From the NCBI GenBank assembly GCA_963755715.1, contig CAVWLW010000061.1, positions 1 through 64,000 of the forward strand: a DNA stretch of 64,000 nucleotides, given 5' to 3'. Position 1 is the stretch's first letter, and every line of letters begins with the position of its first letter. The notes beneath the pieces were generated by a model. That model saw only the letters and a list, made by a program, of their open reading frames with translations, was not told the origin of the DNA and did no database searches. Source of the DNA: an uncultured delta proteobacterium. GTDB taxonomy: Bacteria > Desulfobacterota > Binatia > UBA9968. The position numbers were made by a program, and so were the translations under genes. This document shows, piece by piece, positions 62,489 to 64,000 of this stretch.

Positions 62489-63013
62489 TTAATAGATTTC
62501 AAAATAACCCGTGGCGGCTTTTTTGGCGTTGATGTAAACGTCTATCTCATAATTGCCAACAGTCCATTTTCCCGGGTCGAAATTTCCAGCGCTTACCAAG
62601 TGATCAGACGAAGTCCACTCTGATCGAATCCAACTCTGGACTTCCTCGATGCGCAGCGTTCTTCCGTTCTGGCGAAAATACAGGGTAATAGGAAAATAGA
62701 CATTGGTTTCGGGCCGGGGATAGTCAAGGTTAATTTCTGTGTAAACGGTTCTAGTGAGCGTCTTTGCAAACCGGGTTTTATATGTCCTATCCGAAATAAA
62801 TGCTAGTTTAGAACGTTCGCCTTCGAAAAATCGGACTTTCGTAACACGCGCGTTAACTGACGAACCCAAGGCAATCGGCTCCTCGAGAATCTTAGGTTCG
62901 ACCGCCGCGGGGACGGCGGGACTTTCCAAACGCGTAGTGCTGCACCCCGTGACTGACGGAAGAAAGAGTCCAACGAATAGCAGCTTCCACGATCGTTTCA
63001 GGCCGAAGAACAT
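62489..63013 (-). CDS. Hypothetical lipoprotein
   Basis: RBS aggagg; lipobox VTGC; C-terminal G.W..G.Y.I.VY..F.I. Confidence 0.75.
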   Translation of the reverse strand: MFFGLKRSWKLLFVGLFLPSVTGCSTTRLESPAVPAAVEPKILEEPIALGSSVNARVTKVRFFEGERSKLAFISDRTYKTRFAKTLTRTVYTEINLDYPRPETNVYFPITLYFRQNGRTLRIEEVQSWIRSEWTSSDHLVSAGNFDPGKWTVGNYEIDVYINAKKAATGYFEIY

Positions 63014-63211
63014 CGCTTCATCCTCCTTTTAAACTTTGTTGTTGACCCAAGGAGCAATCGGAATGCCAAAATGGGGATTGGTAGAAACGGGGCTGTTCTA
63101 CAGGGATTGTGTGAAAGGTAACGTAACTGTGTTTACATAAGTGGCCAGGTACGACCAAACTTGGGATGGCGGCTCATCGGCAACCGGATATAATGCGGGG
63201 CCTACCGGCGA

Positions 63212-63280
63212 GTCCGAACCGCTTCCGGCCGCCTCAGAGAAATCTCAGAGAATTTAGTCGCAGGAGAATTCAGTTCGATT
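63212..63280. repeat. Palindromic element, copy 3 (69 bp, degenerate)
   Basis: GTCCGAACCG ... ATCTCAGA ... GGAGAATTCAGTTCGATT. Confidence 0.6.
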
Positions 63281-63347
63281 GAGGCCGCACGGTTACACGC
63301 GAGCGACTACGCGCTAAGCTTGAGTTTCTTCGCGGACACAAATTTCT

Positions 63348-63866
63348 TCAGTGAGAATCGGTTGGCTGCACCCGCCGGAATCTCGAGTACAAAGCGAGTT
63401 TGTGGAGTAGCTCGACGGTAAAATCTTTGCGCTCAGAGATGCCGGCCGGCATTTGATAGTCAACCGACATCGAATCAGGAGCACACGAGATGCGAAAAGT
63501 GGTCGCCTCCTTTGTATCCAGGTACTCACCTAGAGTACGTAAAAGCTGAGCTAGCGTCTTCTGAGGCATTTGTGTGAAACCAAGACTTTGTCTTTTTTTC
63601 CGTTCCTGGGCGTCAAGCCTTGCAATATCGGGAGGACGGTAACAGAACGATCCCTCACCGATAGTGAGTTGGGTGGTTTTCGGGTCAGGTGGTGGAGCAT
63701 CCCTAACGTCCTCGCCGAGACTATTGCTCAAGATCCATAGCCGAGTCGGTGTTAGAGATTCGCTTCGCACTACATAAGAATCGCCCTCTTTTTCCAGCCT
63801 AAAGCTTTCAACATGCACCATTTCCAGAGACTGGCCGATTGCTCTCAAAGATTCGGCGTAAGGCAT
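63348..63866 (-). CDS. Hypothetical protein with an internal domain duplication
   Basis: RBS aaggag; YAESLRAIGQSLE..FRL and LAQLLRTLGEYLD..FRI. Confidence 0.7.
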   Translation of the reverse strand: MPYAESLRAIGQSLEMVHVESFRLEKEGDSYVVRSESLTPTRLWILSNSLGEDVRDAPPPDPKTTQLTIGEGSFCYRPPDIARLDAQERKKRQSLGFTQMPQKTLAQLLRTLGEYLDTKEATTFRISCAPDSMSVDYQMPAGISERKDFTVELLHKLALYSRFRRVQPTDSH

Positions 63867-64000
63867 TTGGAGCTCCTTGGCTAATCTCACATAAAAGTCG
63901 CGGCGAGTCTCTGTTGCGGTGAATGGTGCAGGTATAACCCCGCCTATATTAAGCTGTCAAATGTGGCGAGCTTGCGGATACGGTATGTCGGAAGGTTTCA

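Overview
Chromosomal region, moderately GC-rich, with no rRNA, tRNA, CRISPR array or intact transposase/integrase. Gene content points by inference to a Binatota/Deltaproteobacteria-like heterotroph: ten NMT1/THI5-type ABC substrate-binding proteins (SBPs), three LLM oxidoreductases, three amidohydrolases, a CoA-transferase and a hydantoinase/carboxylase pair. About ten genes are broken by single-base frameshifts, which suggests an unpolished long-read assembly. Most notable: (i) a run of three internally deleted ABC_sub_bind-type SBP remnants tied to a recurring ~70-bp imperfect palindrome at 58.8-63.3 kb, possibly an undescribed cassette or mobile-repeat system; (ii) an alpha-carbonic anhydrase gene followed by a textbook integron attC site, with no integrase in the window; (iii) a chimeric gene joining a TctC/Bug N-terminus to a duplicated secreted domain at a 9-bp microhomology; (iv) an acetone-carboxylase-like large subunit fused to a gamma-type Zn domain; (v) metallopeptidase + ATP-grasp and protease + FHA gene pairs; (vi) a displaced allelic 3' end of an LLM gene; (vii) disarmed toxin-antitoxin remnants; (viii) several intergenic REP/MITE-like families. 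All family assignments come from motif recognition by eye; no database search was run.
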